DNA of 64,000 nucleotides from an uncultured Ruminiclostridium sp. Its GTDB lineage: Bacteria; Bacillota; Clostridia; Oscillospirales; Ruminococcaceae. The stretch covers positions 14,722-78,721 of the forward strand of contig CANRFO010000008.1 of assembly GCA_947629925.1 (NCBI GenBank). Reading direction: 5' to 3'. The notes under the pieces are model-generated. The model saw only the letters and a list, made by a program, of their open reading frames with translations. It was not told the origin of the DNA and did not search any database. This document shows positions 19,478-29,279 of the stretch, one piece after another (positions within the stretch are counted from its first letter, which is position 1; each line of letters begins with the position of its first letter). The position numbers were made by a program, and so were the translations under genes.

Positions 19478-20626
19478 TTATTTTATAATGGCGTTCATGC
19501 AGGAACAATTCGCCCCCGCGGGAGTAAAAGTACACATAGCGAAAAGCAGGTCGGTAGCTCCTACCTCCTTGCAGAAGTCGGTAAGCTCCAGATCAAAATA
19601 TCTCAGATCCGTAACGTATATTTTTTCATAGCACTCTGTCAGGAAAGGGATAAGCGCGTTTCCGTAGCTTTCCTTGCAGACCACGAGGGTTTTTCCGTTT
19701 TTGCAGTCGGTATCTATCTCGGCTATGCAGATGTCAGTTCCCAAAAATGAAAGATAATATCCGCTTGCGTCGGGGTAAGTGAACAGGTGTCCCTGATAGC
19801 CGTTTTGGAATGAAGTGTCATAATAAGTGGTCGTAAGAGCGTCCGCATTAGGGGAAATGTAGAGGTCAAAGGGTTCAGGGTCGTTGTACAGATTTACGCT
19901 TTTGGAGTAGTTGTACATTGAGCCGACATAGCCTTCCTTAGTTACCTTTTCATACTCCGTAAGAGCGGGGAAAAGATCGTCGACTCCCGCAGTCTTTGCA
20001 AAGGCTTCAGCGGCGTAATAAGCGCCAAGCGGCTGCCAGTGGTGATCGGTGCGGGTGTATACAGGCTCTTCCTTGTGTTCCTCAAGTGCGCTGTAAGCGT
20101 CAACTGAAACAGCCTTTGAAAGCCCGTCGGCTATGTAGTCTATTTTTTCCTTCTGGCTTGCGGAATAACCGCTCACATCATCGGGAAGATAAAATTCCAC
20201 GGAGGTGGGGATTATCATACTGTATACATTAACGTCGGGAAGCTTTTCCGCCGCCTTCTCTACGCAGGAAACATAGTTATCGCAAAGCTCAAACGTTCCC
20301 CAGCAGCCCATAAGCCCCATATAATGACCGTTTCTTCCTATTATAAGAATGTTGTTTTCGCCGTATTCACGGTAATCATCGGGAACATTCCCGGGTTCTT
20401 CGGAGGGGGCGGGAGTTTCCTCAGGCTCGGTGGTGGTCGTGGTCACAGGAGTAGTGGTAGTTGCAACAGTTGTGGTGGTAGTGGTGGTAGTTATTGCCGC
20501 TTCGGTAGTAACGGAGGTATCGGCGGAGGTATTTTCAGGCTGAAGCTTTTCCGCCTCTGAACAGCCTGAAACGGCAAGCGCGGCGCACAGCACAACAGCG
20601 GCGCCGAAAAATTTATTTTTACGCAT
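19478..20626 (-). CDS. DHHW-family (AlgJ/AlgX-like) lipoprotein with Thr-rich linker
   Basis: Lipobox AVSGC; YTRTDHHWQPLGAYY; KESYGNA; poly-Thr stalk. Confidence 0.8.
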   Translation of the reverse strand: MRKNKFFGAAVVLCAALAVSGCSEAEKLQPENTSADTSVTTEAAITTTTTTTTVATTTTPVTTTTTEPEETPAPSEEPGNVPDDYREYGENNILIIGRNGHYMGLMGCWGTFELCDNYVSCVEKAAEKLPDVNVYSMIIPTSVEFYLPDDVSGYSASQKEKIDYIADGLSKAVSVDAYSALEEHKEEPVYTRTDHHWQPLGAYYAAEAFAKTAGVDDLFPALTEYEKVTKEGYVGSMYNYSKSVNLYNDPEPFDLYISPNADALTTTYYDTSFQNGYQGHLFTYPDASGYYLSFLGTDICIAEIDTDCKNGKTLVVCKESYGNALIPFLTECYEKIYVTDLRYFDLELTDFCKEVGATDLLFAMCTFTPAGANCSCMNAIIK

Positions 20627-20656
20627 TTTACAGCCTTTCTCGTTTTTAACCTGTTT

Positions 20657-22030
20657 TTATTGTGTTCTTATTTTTTCCATATACTTTTCACAGTTTACCC
20701 CTGCTGCTGAGAAGGTACACATTGAGAAAAGCAGGTCGGTGACGCCCTGTTCCTTAATAAATTCTACGGCGTTGATGTCAAAGTATCTTATATCGCAGAC
20801 GTATATCTCTTCAAAGCTGTTCATATAGAAGGGGATCTCGGCGTTGCCGTAGCTGTCCTTGAATACGACCAGCTTTCTGCCGTTATTCACGTCGGTGGTG
20901 ACCTTAACTATCTTTCTGTCTCCGCCCATAAACATGGAATAGGAATCGTTTACGGGCATATCTATAAAGAACGGCCATTTTTCAAATTCAATATTGAACG
21001 AGGTGTCGTAATAATCGGTGGTGTATTTGTTGGTGGGTTTATAATAGGTGAAGGTTTCGGGGTCGTTAAGCAGATCGCCGTCCTGCGTCGTGCTGTACAT
21101 ACTTCCCATGTATCCCTCAACATCGACCCGCTCAAGCTGAGAAATATCTGCAAAAGGAACATCAGCGGCTTTAGCAAAGGCTTCAGCGGCATAATAAGCG
21201 CCCAGCGGCTGCCAGTGGTAGTCGGTTCGCAGATATATCGGTTCCTGGGAGTGTTCGAGCAGGACGCTGTAACAGTCAACGTTTATTACCTTGTCGCTGA
21301 AATGATCCGCCATGTAGAAAATGTCGTCCTTCTGGGATGCGTTATACTGATCGTATTCATGGGGGATATAGTATTCGCCTGAGGTGGGAGCGGTCATTAC
21401 ATAAACCTGAACGTCGTCCCCCAGATCCTCCGCAAAGGCATTCACCTGCTCCACAAAAGTATCGCGGCTATATCCTCCGCCATACATACTGCACGCCCAG
21501 TAATGTCCGTCGCTGCGCTTCATAACGAGCTGACCGTTGGTCTGAACGCCTGGGGCTATCTCGTTTTTCGGGTCATAAGAGGTGGTTGTGGCTTCCGTAG
21601 TCTGTGACGCAGAGGTTTCGGTCGCTTCGGAAACGCTGCCAACACTGTTTTCGGATACGGGAGGCTCAGTGGCGGGAGAAGAAGCAGTGGTAACTATCTG
21701 GGCAGGTCCGCCGTGAACGGTCACGCCGCCAAAAGACACGCCCATATACTTCGTTATATTGGAAGAAATATTTTTAAACCCGTCTCTCCAAGGCACTGTG
21801 TCGTCAAACCACTCGGTCACTCCGTCGGTAAAATCTCCGCTGAAGAAATCGGCAACGGAAAACTCAGGGAATTTCGCCAGCTCTCTGCGCTCGATCTGCG
21901 ACTCGACAGGACGCTCAAAAACAAGAAGATATATGGTTATGCCTGCAAAAAGCAAGGCTACCGCCGCTATATTGGCTATTATCCACGGCGAAACGCCTTT
22001 TTTCTCTTTAAGATGTTTTCCTTTGCTCAT
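20657..22030 (-). CDS. DHHW-family (AlgJ/AlgX-like) membrane-anchored protein
   Basis: N-terminal TM; ERRELAKFPEFS..F..WFDDTVPWR; YLRTDYHWQPLGAYY; KDSYGNA; paralogous to the downstream gene. Confidence 0.8.
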   Translation of the reverse strand: MSKGKHLKEKKGVSPWIIANIAAVALLFAGITIYLLVFERPVESQIERRELAKFPEFSVADFFSGDFTDGVTEWFDDTVPWRDGFKNISSNITKYMGVSFGGVTVHGGPAQIVTTASSPATEPPVSENSVGSVSEATETSASQTTEATTTSYDPKNEIAPGVQTNGQLVMKRSDGHYWACSMYGGGYSRDTFVEQVNAFAEDLGDDVQVYVMTAPTSGEYYIPHEYDQYNASQKDDIFYMADHFSDKVINVDCYSVLLEHSQEPIYLRTDYHWQPLGAYYAAEAFAKAADVPFADISQLERVDVEGYMGSMYSTTQDGDLLNDPETFTYYKPTNKYTTDYYDTSFNIEFEKWPFFIDMPVNDSYSMFMGGDRKIVKVTTDVNNGRKLVVFKDSYGNAEIPFYMNSFEEIYVCDIRYFDINAVEFIKEQGVTDLLFSMCTFSAAGVNCEKYMEKIRTQ

Positions 22031-22127
22031 GTCAGGCTCCTTAACTCTTGTTCGGCGAACAACTTATGAAAATATGATTTCACTTTTCACGGAATGTATC
22101 ATAAAATCATTTGTTTTTTACCATACT

Positions 22128-22156
22128 ATTATACACCCGTTGCAATAAAACGTCAA
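22128..22156 (-). promoter_or_regulatory. Sigma-A promoter of the DHHW-FkbH-ACP operon
   Basis: Minus strand TTGACG-17 bp-TATAAT with an extended TG. Confidence 0.7.
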
Positions 22157-22278
22157 CAAATTACAAAAATAAAATTATTTCGTAAGAATTATACGTTTTA
22201 CGACATTACATATGAAATTCCCCCTTTCTTGAATAAATACGTTTTATCCTCCCCAAAGGTCAAAAAAAGAAAGGCTCT

Positions 22279-22376
22279 CCGCAAAAAAACGCGGAAAGCG
22301 GCAGATATGAAAACGCTCCCCCGATTCTTGACGGATCGTAAAGGAGCGCTGAAAAGTACGTTGATGTTTTTGCGGC
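22279..22376. repeat. ~90-bp dispersed structured element, family C, copy 2
   Basis: Aligns with 15099-15187 with compensatory base changes in the stems. Confidence 0.6.
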
Positions 22377-22383
22377 AAAGCTT

Positions 22384-22839
22384 TTATTTTTCTGCGGCGA
22401 ACCTGTCCCTCTGCTCAACGGCAAGACGGTCGCAGCGCTCGTTTTCCGCGTGGCCTGCGTGACCTTTTATCCAGCTGAACCTGACCTCGTGTATTTCAAG
22501 AAGCTTCAGCAGCCTTTCCCACAGATCCTTATTCAGCGCAGGCTTCTTGTCGCTTTTTATCCAGTTGTTTCTTTGCCAGCTTTTCGCCCAGCCCTTTTCA
22601 ATACCGTCCACAACATATTTTGAATCGGTCTGAAGAATTACTTTGCAAGGATATTTAAGCGCTTCAAGCCCCGCGATGACCCCTGAAAGCTCCATGCGGT
22701 TGTTGGTGGTGGCCGCTTCGCCGCCGAAAAGCTCCTTTTCACGTCCGTCACAGCGGAGTATCACGCCGTATCCGCCCGGGCCGGGATTTCCTGAGCAGGC
22801 GCCGTCTGAGAAAATATAAACAGTCTTTTTTTCAGGCAT
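22384..22839 (-). CDS. rnhA: Ribonuclease HI
   Basis: [31 protein letters not shown], KNxDLW-like [23 protein letters not shown]. Confidence 0.97.
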   Translation of the reverse strand: MPEKKTVYIFSDGACSGNPGPGGYGVILRCDGREKELFGGEAATTNNRMELSGVIAGLEALKYPCKVILQTDSKYVVDGIEKGWAKSWQRNNWIKSDKKPALNKDLWERLLKLLEIHEVRFSWIKGHAGHAENERCDRLAVEQRDRFAAEK

Positions 22840-25234
22840 CTTGCTGTCCTTTCTTTATAAAGCCGAGGAATTTGTGGAATATTTTTCTTATAACATCCGC
22901 CGCTTTTGCGAGGAAGTTTATGATAGGCTCCGCCGCCTTTTCAAGCAGCAGCATCACAACAGCTCCTCCCACAAAAATTATCACCGCGGCAATAACGCTG
23001 TATAAGCCGATAGGCTTCAGACCGAATACAGAAGGCGCTGCAAGAGACGCTCCCGCAAATACGGCGATAAGCGCTGCAAGAAGCCCTGCCTTCCACGCTT
23101 TCATAGGCTTCATTATGCGAAACAGAGCGAAAAATCCCACCGCCGCCACGGTATAAAATGTAAGGGTAGACATTCCGTCCATGGGAAGGTCGGTATATTC
23201 CGACACAAGCACCGACGCTATGGCGCAGAACGCCACGGCTGCTCCCCTCGGAAAGGCAAGCTTGAAGATATTCCGTATAAAGCTGCCTTTTATTATGTCG
23301 GTGTTCGGCTCCAGCGCAAGGAAAAATCCGGGTATCCCTATGGTGGTGACGCTTATAAGGGTGAGCTGTATAGGCTGGAACGGATAAGGAAGCGGGAGGA
23401 ACACGAATATAAGCGCCAGCAGGAACGAATATATCGTTTTTGTAAGGAACAAGGTCCCGCTTCGCTGAATGTTGTTTACAGAGCGGCGGCCCTCAGCTAC
23501 GATCTTAGGCATAGAGGCAAAGTTGCTGTCCAGAAGCACAAGATTGGAAACGCTCCTTGCGGCGTCGCTCCCCGACTGCATAGCAATTGAGCAGTCCGCC
23601 TCTTTAAGCGCCAGAACGTCGTTTACGCCGTCGCCTGTCATTCCTACGGTGTGGCCCTGCTTTTTCAGTGCCTTTACAATAGCAAGCTTTTTGTCGGGGG
23701 TAACTCTTCCGAAAACGGAGTATTTTTTCACCGCCTCGTCGATCTCGTCAACTGACAGCAAAGAAGCGTCCACCGCCATCTCAGCGTTTTTTACCCCCGC
23801 TCTTCCCGCTATCCTTGAAACGGTCACAGGATTGTCCCCTGAGATTATTTTTATATCCACCCCTTGCTTCTCGAAAAATTCAAGCGTCTGCGGCGCTTCC
23901 TTTCTGATAATGTCACCGATAAAGATAAGGGCGGCGGGGACAATGCCTTCGGGAAGCTCATGGCCTGCAAGCCTGTTTTCAGAGTACGCCGCCAGCAATA
24001 CTCTCACACCCTCGCTCTGAGCCGCTTCGCACTGTTCCTTTACCAAAGGATAATTCTCTTTCAGCACAAATTCAGGCGCGCCCAGTATGACGCAGCCTTT
24101 TTCAAAGCCTGCGCCGCTCCATTTTCTCGCAGATGAAAACGGGCAGGTAAAGAGCGCCGACGCATTCCCTCCGCTCCAGCGGTCTTTTACGGCGTTCATC
24201 GTGGGGTTATCGTCGCTCATGCAGGAAGCAAACGCTTCCATAGCCCTGTCCAGAGGAAAATCATCTTTTAAGAGCCGCGTATCCTCCACCTGCATTATTC
24301 CTTCGGTTATCGTTCCCGTTTTGTCAAGGCAAAGGGTGTCGACTCTCGCCAGCGTTTCCGAACAATACATATCCTGCGCCAGAGTTTTGTGAGAGGCAAG
24401 GCGCAGTACGCTCACAGCCATGACCACGCTTGCCAGAAGATAAAGTCCTTCGGGTATCATTCCGATAAGCGCCGCCACCGTGCTGACCACCGCTCGGTCA
24501 AGGCTTTGCCCCGACAAAAGGATAGAGTTTATGAAAAGCCCGACAGCCATCGGCACGATGCATACGGCTATCACTTTTATTATCCTGTCCAAGGACTTCA
24601 GCATAACGCTGTTTTTCTTTTTGATGTATTTTGCGCCTGAGGTTATCTTTGAAGCAAAGTTATCCTGTCCCACGCGAACGACCTGCGCCTTGACGTGTCC
24701 GCTCACCACAAAGCTGCCTGATAAAAGCTCGTCCCCCTCCTGCTTTAAAACGGGGTCGCTTTCCCCTGTGATAAGGCTCTCGTTCACCTCGCACTCGCCC
24801 TGCAAAAGAACGCAGTCGGCGCAGATCTGCCGCCCTGAGGAGAGCAGGACCACGTCTCCCAGCACTATCTCCTCCATAGTTATCTGAACGGATCGCCCGT
24901 CTCTTAAGACCGTGACCTTGGGGGCGGAGATGAGGCTGAGCTTGTCTATCGTTTTTTTCGCCCTTATTTCCTGCACTATACCTATGACGGTGTTGCAGAT
25001 TATAACGCCCAGAAAAAGGCAGTTCTTGAACGACCCTGTAAGCAGTACCAAAACGCCCAGCACTACGTTCACAAAGTTAAAGAAGGTGAATACGTTAGAG
25101 CGGATTATCTCGCTTACGCTTTTGGTGGGAGTATCGGTGTCGCCGTTTATTTTTCCCTCGGCAGCCAGCCTTGCAGCCTCCTGCGAGGATAAGCCGTTTT
25201 CAATAAGCTCGTCTTTTTCCGCCGTGACGCCCAC
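22832..25234 (-). CDS. Cation-translocating P-type ATPase (CtpE-like)
   Basis: [20 protein letters not shown] phosphorylation motif, [17 protein letters not shown]; substrate not assignable. Confidence 0.92.
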   Translation of the reverse strand: MGVTAEKDELIENGLSSQEAARLAAEGKINGDTDTPTKSVSEIIRSNVFTFFNFVNVVLGVLVLLTGSFKNCLFLGVIICNTVIGIVQEIRAKKTIDKLSLISAPKVTVLRDGRSVQITMEEIVLGDVVLLSSGRQICADCVLLQGECEVNESLITGESDPVLKQEGDELLSGSFVVSGHVKAQVVRVGQDNFASKITSGAKYIKKKNSVMLKSLDRIIKVIAVCIVPMAVGLFINSILLSGQSLDRAVVSTVAALIGMIPEGLYLLASVVMAVSVLRLASHKTLAQDMYCSETLARVDTLCLDKTGTITEGIMQVEDTRLLKDDFPLDRAMEAFASCMSDDNPTMNAVKDRWSGGNASALFTCPFSSARKWSGAGFEKGCVILGAPEFVLKENYPLVKEQCEAAQSEGVRVLLAAYSENRLAGHELPEGIVPAALIFIGDIIRKEAPQTLEFFEKQGVDIKIISGDNPVTVSRIAGRAGVKNAEMAVDASLLSVDEIDEAVKKYSVFGRVTPDKKLAIVKALKKQGHTVGMTGDGVNDVLALKEADCSIAMQSGSDAARSVSNLVLLDSNFASMPKIVAEGRRSVNNIQRSGTLFLTKTIYSFLLALIFVFLPLPYPFQPIQLTLISVTTIGIPGFFLALEPNTDIIKGSFIRNIFKLAFPRGAAVAFCAIASVLVSEYTDLPMDGMSTLTFYTVAAVGFFALFRIMKPMKAWKAGLLAALIAVFAGASLAAPSVFGLKPIGLYSVIAAVIIFVGGAVVMLLLEKAAEPIINFLAKAADVIRKIFHKFLGFIKKGQQDA

Positions 25235-25301
25235 CGCCTTTCGTTTTGAAATTCTGCATTAATTAAAATGTTTTCCTTTTTTAGAAGGTTGAGGTAAAAA
25301 A

Positions 25302-25441
25302 TCCTCTTTAAGCCGTTTGAGGTTATTATAACATAAAGAGAGCTTTTGCGAAGCAAATGCGATTCCTCTTAAACGTTAAAATGTTCTCAAACATCAAAAT
25401 AAATCTATTCCTCTTTAAGCTGTTTGAGGTTATTATAACAC
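25302..25441 (-). repeat. ~108-bp promoter-hairpin repeat, about 1.3 copies (same family as the 44075-44624 array)
   Basis: tcctctttaagccgtttgaggttattataacataaagagagcttttgcgaagcaaatgcgattcctcttaaacgttaaaatgttctcaaacatc... nearly identical to the 44 kb units; period 107 bp. Confidence 0.9.
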
Positions 25442-25482
25442 AAAAACCCCGATTTGTAAACAAAAACGGCGGGAAACCTTCA

Positions 25483-25528
25483 GCCGCGCCTACATGGGAA
25501 AACACAGATCTTCCTATGTCAGGGCGGC
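25483..25528. repeat. REP-like repeat, family B, nested in a terminator loop
   Basis: gccgcgcctacatgggaaaacacagatcttcctatgtcagggcggc enclosed by the stem aaaaacggcgggaaa...tttcccgccgcttttt (25462-25545). Confidence 0.65.
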
Positions 25529-25551
25529 TTTTCCCGCCGCTTTTTCATCTG

Positions 25552-27123
25552 TCAATACTCAAATTCATCAAACACGATTCTGCTGCTTCCGTCCTCGTTG
25601 AATACTTCATTGCGCCATGTGAAGTCCCTGCACACGTCGTGGAAATACCTTATATCCTGCGTATCGGTAATATAATTGATACTGCAATAATAAGAATCCA
25701 TTACGGAGCTCTCCCTATATGCCATGCTCATATCTTTGTCAAGCGTTATTCCGTCCTTCAGATCCAAAAGAACTATATGCATATAATAATACGGCTTGTG
25801 CTCTTCCACACAGTTTTGCAAATCCTGCCATTCGTCGGTCACAGACGGCCTGTTCATATATTTATAGACATAGTCCCGAACATATCGGACCTGTTCGGGG
25901 TCGGTGATATAGAACGTTTCCATCCTATCGCGGACATATCTGCACTCATCTCCGTTTTCGTCAGTCCACTCTTCATGCTTCCGTGCGTCACCTGCGATGA
26001 CGTCCTCCGAATATACACTGCGGATGATCTCGACCCGTACAGCGTCTGTCTGAATAGGAGTGATATAATAGGGAAGACAGTTGTTCACAACAAAATATAT
26101 GCCTGCCACTACAACGACGTATCCCGCGGCAAAAATAAACAAGTATCTTATTTTATGGAACGCGGCGCGAAAATCCTTTTCAAGAAGCATATTCAGCACC
26201 ACGAACAGCACGACTATTATTATGGCGCTTAAAATTATATTCGACCAGATGTTTTGGAAGTTATCATAATAGAAAGACTTGCAGGTCGCGATAAACGCCG
26301 TGACAAACATTATCATATACTGCAAAATATATCTCGTCTTGGGAAAAGCCACGGCAAGCGTAGTTTCTCCTTTGCGGTACCTGTACATGACGAACGCCAG
26401 AACAAGCTCTGCCGCCGTTAAAATAAGATATGCAGGTAAATATGCAAAATCATTTACGGTAAGGAAGTAGGCGCTTGACAAGGGCATAAATGAGTAAGAT
26501 ACCGAGAATGCCAAACTATCATAAGCTGAACTGTCTAATGCTCGCCAGCCCAGATTGATGGCGCCGAACAGCAGCACAAAGGTAAAGACGTTCATGAGCG
26601 CCAAGGTGAGTATGGCACTCAGACCTGAACCGCTGAACATTATCGCAAAGGTCATGGAGGCGTAAACTATGATGTATACCAATATCGCCTGCCACATTCC
26701 CGAAAACAGTGAAACGTTCTGAACACCCGCCACGGAGCAGAACAGTACAAAAATTATCCGAGTAATAATGTAAGGCACTGTGAATATGAAAAGTCCCGAT
26801 ATGCTGTAACCGATAAAATACTGTCCCCGCTTTATGGGCATAGAGTTGTAAAAGTCGCTTTGTCGGCGGCTGTATACAAATCCGAACAGCATAAGGGGAA
26901 TGATGATACCCGCCAGCAGCGCAGAAAAGCCCGAAATGAACGTTATGCTCTGATTCATCATGTCAGGTATACTCTCAGCGGAATGTACCTTTTCGTTAAA
27001 CACCTGTAATATGGCCAATAACGGCGCAATTATATCCAGCCCCAGAACGAAAAGTCCCAGAAGCACAAAATTGTTTTTTACTCCGAAATACGCCGTGCGG
27101 ATACATTTTCTTGCATATTCCAT
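25552..27123 (-). CDS. ABC transporter permease (YtrC-like, multi-TM with C-terminal soluble domain)
   Basis: Many TM helices, FGFVYSRRQSDFYNSMPIKRGQYF motif; directly follows the ABC ATPase. Confidence 0.75.
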   Translation of the reverse strand: MEYARKCIRTAYFGVKNNFVLLGLFVLGLDIIAPLLAILQVFNEKVHSAESIPDMMNQSITFISGFSALLAGIIIPLMLFGFVYSRRQSDFYNSMPIKRGQYFIGYSISGLFIFTVPYIITRIIFVLFCSVAGVQNVSLFSGMWQAILVYIIVYASMTFAIMFSGSGLSAILTLALMNVFTFVLLFGAINLGWRALDSSAYDSLAFSVSYSFMPLSSAYFLTVNDFAYLPAYLILTAAELVLAFVMYRYRKGETTLAVAFPKTRYILQYMIMFVTAFIATCKSFYYDNFQNIWSNIILSAIIIVVLFVVLNMLLEKDFRAAFHKIRYLFIFAAGYVVVVAGIYFVVNNCLPYYITPIQTDAVRVEIIRSVYSEDVIAGDARKHEEWTDENGDECRYVRDRMETFYITDPEQVRYVRDYVYKYMNRPSVTDEWQDLQNCVEEHKPYYYMHIVLLDLKDGITLDKDMSMAYRESSVMDSYYCSINYITDTQDIRYFHDVCRDFTWRNEVFNEDGSSRIVFDEFEY

Positions 27124-28053
27124 TTATTCCGCCTCCTTTTCATTATCGTCCATAAGTCCGCTGCTTTCCAGCTTGTAGGTGAAAACTTCCTCCAATGTCA
27201 GCGGGACCGCCTCAACATAAGAAAGTCCGCAGGATTCCGAAGCAGCTATGACCTTCAGCATTTTCTCCACCTCGGACGGGTCGCCGTCGGCGATGAACGT
27301 CATCATTCTTCCGCTTGAGGTAAGGCGGAAGGGATTCAGCGATTCAAGTGAAACACCGCTGCTGTCCCCGTCAAACAGCACCTGATACTTATTCACGCTT
27401 CCTCTCAGGCCGTCCACATCCGCGCTTATCACCAGCTTTCCTTTATGTATAAGCACTATGCGGTCGCAGATGTCCTCCATCTCCCTCAGATTGTGCGAGG
27501 ACATAAGGATAGTTGCGTCGTTGTCCATTATCTCCTCGATGAAAATGCGCTTTGCTTTTTCTCTTGTGAGCGGGTCAAGCCCGTCAAAGGTCTCGTCGCA
27601 AAGAAGATATTTCGCTCCGCAGGACAATGCCGCGGCAATATCGCTCTGCCTTCTCATGCCCTTGGAAAATCCCGACATTCGCACGTCGGTTTTAAGCCCG
27701 AACCTTTCCGCGAGCTGATAGAATTTCTTCACCGAAAATCTTTCCCTTAGCGAAGAATAGGTGGAAGCAAGGCGTTTGAGCGTCATCCCGGGCTGATAGA
27801 ACTGGTCGTCGCTGATATAGGATATGTTCGCCTTGACGCTGTTGTTTTCGTAAACAGTCTCTCCGTCCACCAGCACGGAACCGCTGTCCTGACGGTATAT
27901 CCCCGCCGCTATGCGCAGAAGCGTTGATTTTCCCGCTCCGTTCGTTCCTATAAGCCCCACTATGCTCCTGTCGGGGATATCTATGGATACGTCGTCCAGA
28001 GACTGCACCTTTGATTCGCTGAAATATTTGCTCAGATTTTTTATCTCAATCAT
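27124..28053 (-). CDS. ABC transporter ATP-binding protein (YtrB-like)
   Basis: GTNGAGKST, FSKGMRRQ, LCDETFDGLDP, SSHNL. Confidence 0.9.
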   Translation of the reverse strand: MIEIKNLSKYFSESKVQSLDDVSIDIPDRSIVGLIGTNGAGKSTLLRIAAGIYRQDSGSVLVDGETVYENNSVKANISYISDDQFYQPGMTLKRLASTYSSLRERFSVKKFYQLAERFGLKTDVRMSGFSKGMRRQSDIAAALSCGAKYLLCDETFDGLDPLTREKAKRIFIEEIMDNDATILMSSHNLREMEDICDRIVLIHKGKLVISADVDGLRGSVNKYQVLFDGDSSGVSLESLNPFRLTSSGRMMTFIADGDPSEVEKMLKVIAASESCGLSYVEAVPLTLEEVFTYKLESSGLMDDNEKEAE

Positions 28054-28084
28054 TTTTTACCCCTTTCTCGGCTATAAAGCCGCG

Positions 28085-28450
28085 TTATTCATCAAACACT
28101 TCCCTAACGATGGCAAGCAGGCGTTCTTTCGTGATACCGAGCTTTTTTGCCTCCGCCACCGTTTCGGACAGCTTTTTTTCCGTCTTTTTCATCTGCTCGC
28201 CCCGTGCCGCGGAAAGGTCGGAGCTTATGAACGAACCTTTTCCCGCAACGCTGTACACGATGCCTATACGTTCAAGCTCGTTGTAGGCGCGTGCGATAGT
28301 GTTGGGATTTATCCCGAGCTGCACCGCGAGCTGCCGCACCGACGGGAGCTGACAGTCTGGAGCAAGCTCCCCCGAAAGCACCATTTCGGTTATGTTCGCA
28401 GTGAGCTGCTCGTAAATCGGACGCTTGTCCTTGTAATCTACGGTAATCAT
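28085..28450 (-). CDS. GntR-family regulator, YtrA subfamily
   Basis: 121 aa, PIYEQL..LPSVRQLAVQLGINPNTIARAYNELE...GKGSFI; precedes the ABC genes. Confidence 0.92.
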   Translation of the reverse strand: MITVDYKDKRPIYEQLTANITEMVLSGELAPDCQLPSVRQLAVQLGINPNTIARAYNELERIGIVYSVAGKGSFISSDLSAARGEQMKKTEKKLSETVAEAKKLGITKERLLAIVREVFDE

Positions 28451-28495
28451 TCTGCCTCCTTGTCTGCCTGACCTGATGGTTACAGGCGATTTATA

Positions 28496-28520
28496 AGTGT
28501 ACTAATACAAATAATACAGT
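28496..28520. promoter_or_regulatory. YtrA-type operator
   Basis: AGTGTA-N13-TACAGT, one mismatch from the B. subtilis YtrA site AGTGTA-N13-TACACT, just downstream of the promoter. Confidence 0.7.
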
Positions 28521-28532
28521 TGTTACAGTCAT

Positions 28533-28561
28533 ATTATAGCAACAGCCTGATGATTTGTCAA
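28533..28561 (-). promoter_or_regulatory. Sigma-A promoter of the gntR-ABC operon
   Basis: Perfect TTGACA-17 bp-TATAAT on the minus strand. Confidence 0.85.
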
Positions 28562-28610
28562 GGGGTTTTTGAAAAAAATAAACGCTGAACAAAAATGTTC
28601 AGCGTAAAAA

Positions 28611-29279
28611 TCACTTTATCTCCCAGTTTATCTCCACTGCGCCGCTGTTTCTCAGGAAGGTGTTTGCCTTTGAGAAGTGCCTGCAGCCGAAAAATCCGTT
28701 GTAGGCGGAAAGGGGGCTTGGGTGGGCGGCGGTGAGGACAAGGTGGTTCGGATTTGTGATGAGCCGCGCTTTTTCCTTTGCATTGGCGCCCCAAAGAAGA
28801 TACACCACGGGAGTCGTCTTCATATTCACCTTTTCGATGACCGCGTCTGTAAACTGTTCCCAGCCGCGTCCCCTGTGGCTGTTGGGCTGACTCATGCGCA
28901 CCGTAAGAACAGCGTTCAGCAGCAGCACGCCCTGCTTCGCCCAAGAGGTAAGCTCCCCGTGAGGAGGCGGTTCAATGCCCAGATCCTGCTTCAGCTCAGC
29001 GTAAATATTTTTCAGCGACGGTGGAACGGGACAGCCTTTCTTCACCGAAAAAGCAAGCCCGTGAGCTTGTCCCGGCTGATGATAAGGGTCCTGCCCGATT
29101 ATGACCACGCGGATATTATCATAGTCGGCGTAGCGCAGGGAGTTGAATATATCCTTCATAGGCGGGAACACGGTGTTTTCGGCGTATTCCTTTTTGAGAA
29201 ATTCCCTGAGCTCGATGTAGTAAGGCTTTTCAAATTCCTCGGCGAGCCTTGCGTCCCAGCTGTTTCCTATATTTACCAT
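28611..29279 (-). CDS. ung: Uracil-DNA glycosylase, family 1
   Basis: VVIIGQDPYH, AHGLAFSV, VPPSLKNIY, GVLLLNAVLTV, HPSPLS. Confidence 0.97.
   Translation of the reverse strand: MVNIGNSWDARLAEEFEKPYYIELREFLKKEYAENTVFPPMKDIFNSLRYADYDNIRVVIIGQDPYHQPGQAHGLAFSVKKGCPVPPSLKNIYAELKQDLGIEPPPHGELTSWAKQGVLLLNAVLTVRMSQPNSHRGRGWEQFTDAVIEKVNMKTTPVVYLLWGANAKEKARLITNPNHLVLTAAHPSPLSAYNGFFGCRHFSKANTFLRNSGAVEINWEIK

Noticed and set aside
25357-26232. 291-aa plus-strand ORF beginning in the repeat
   Set aside because: Antisense to the ABC permease; start lies within the repeat; no domain features.
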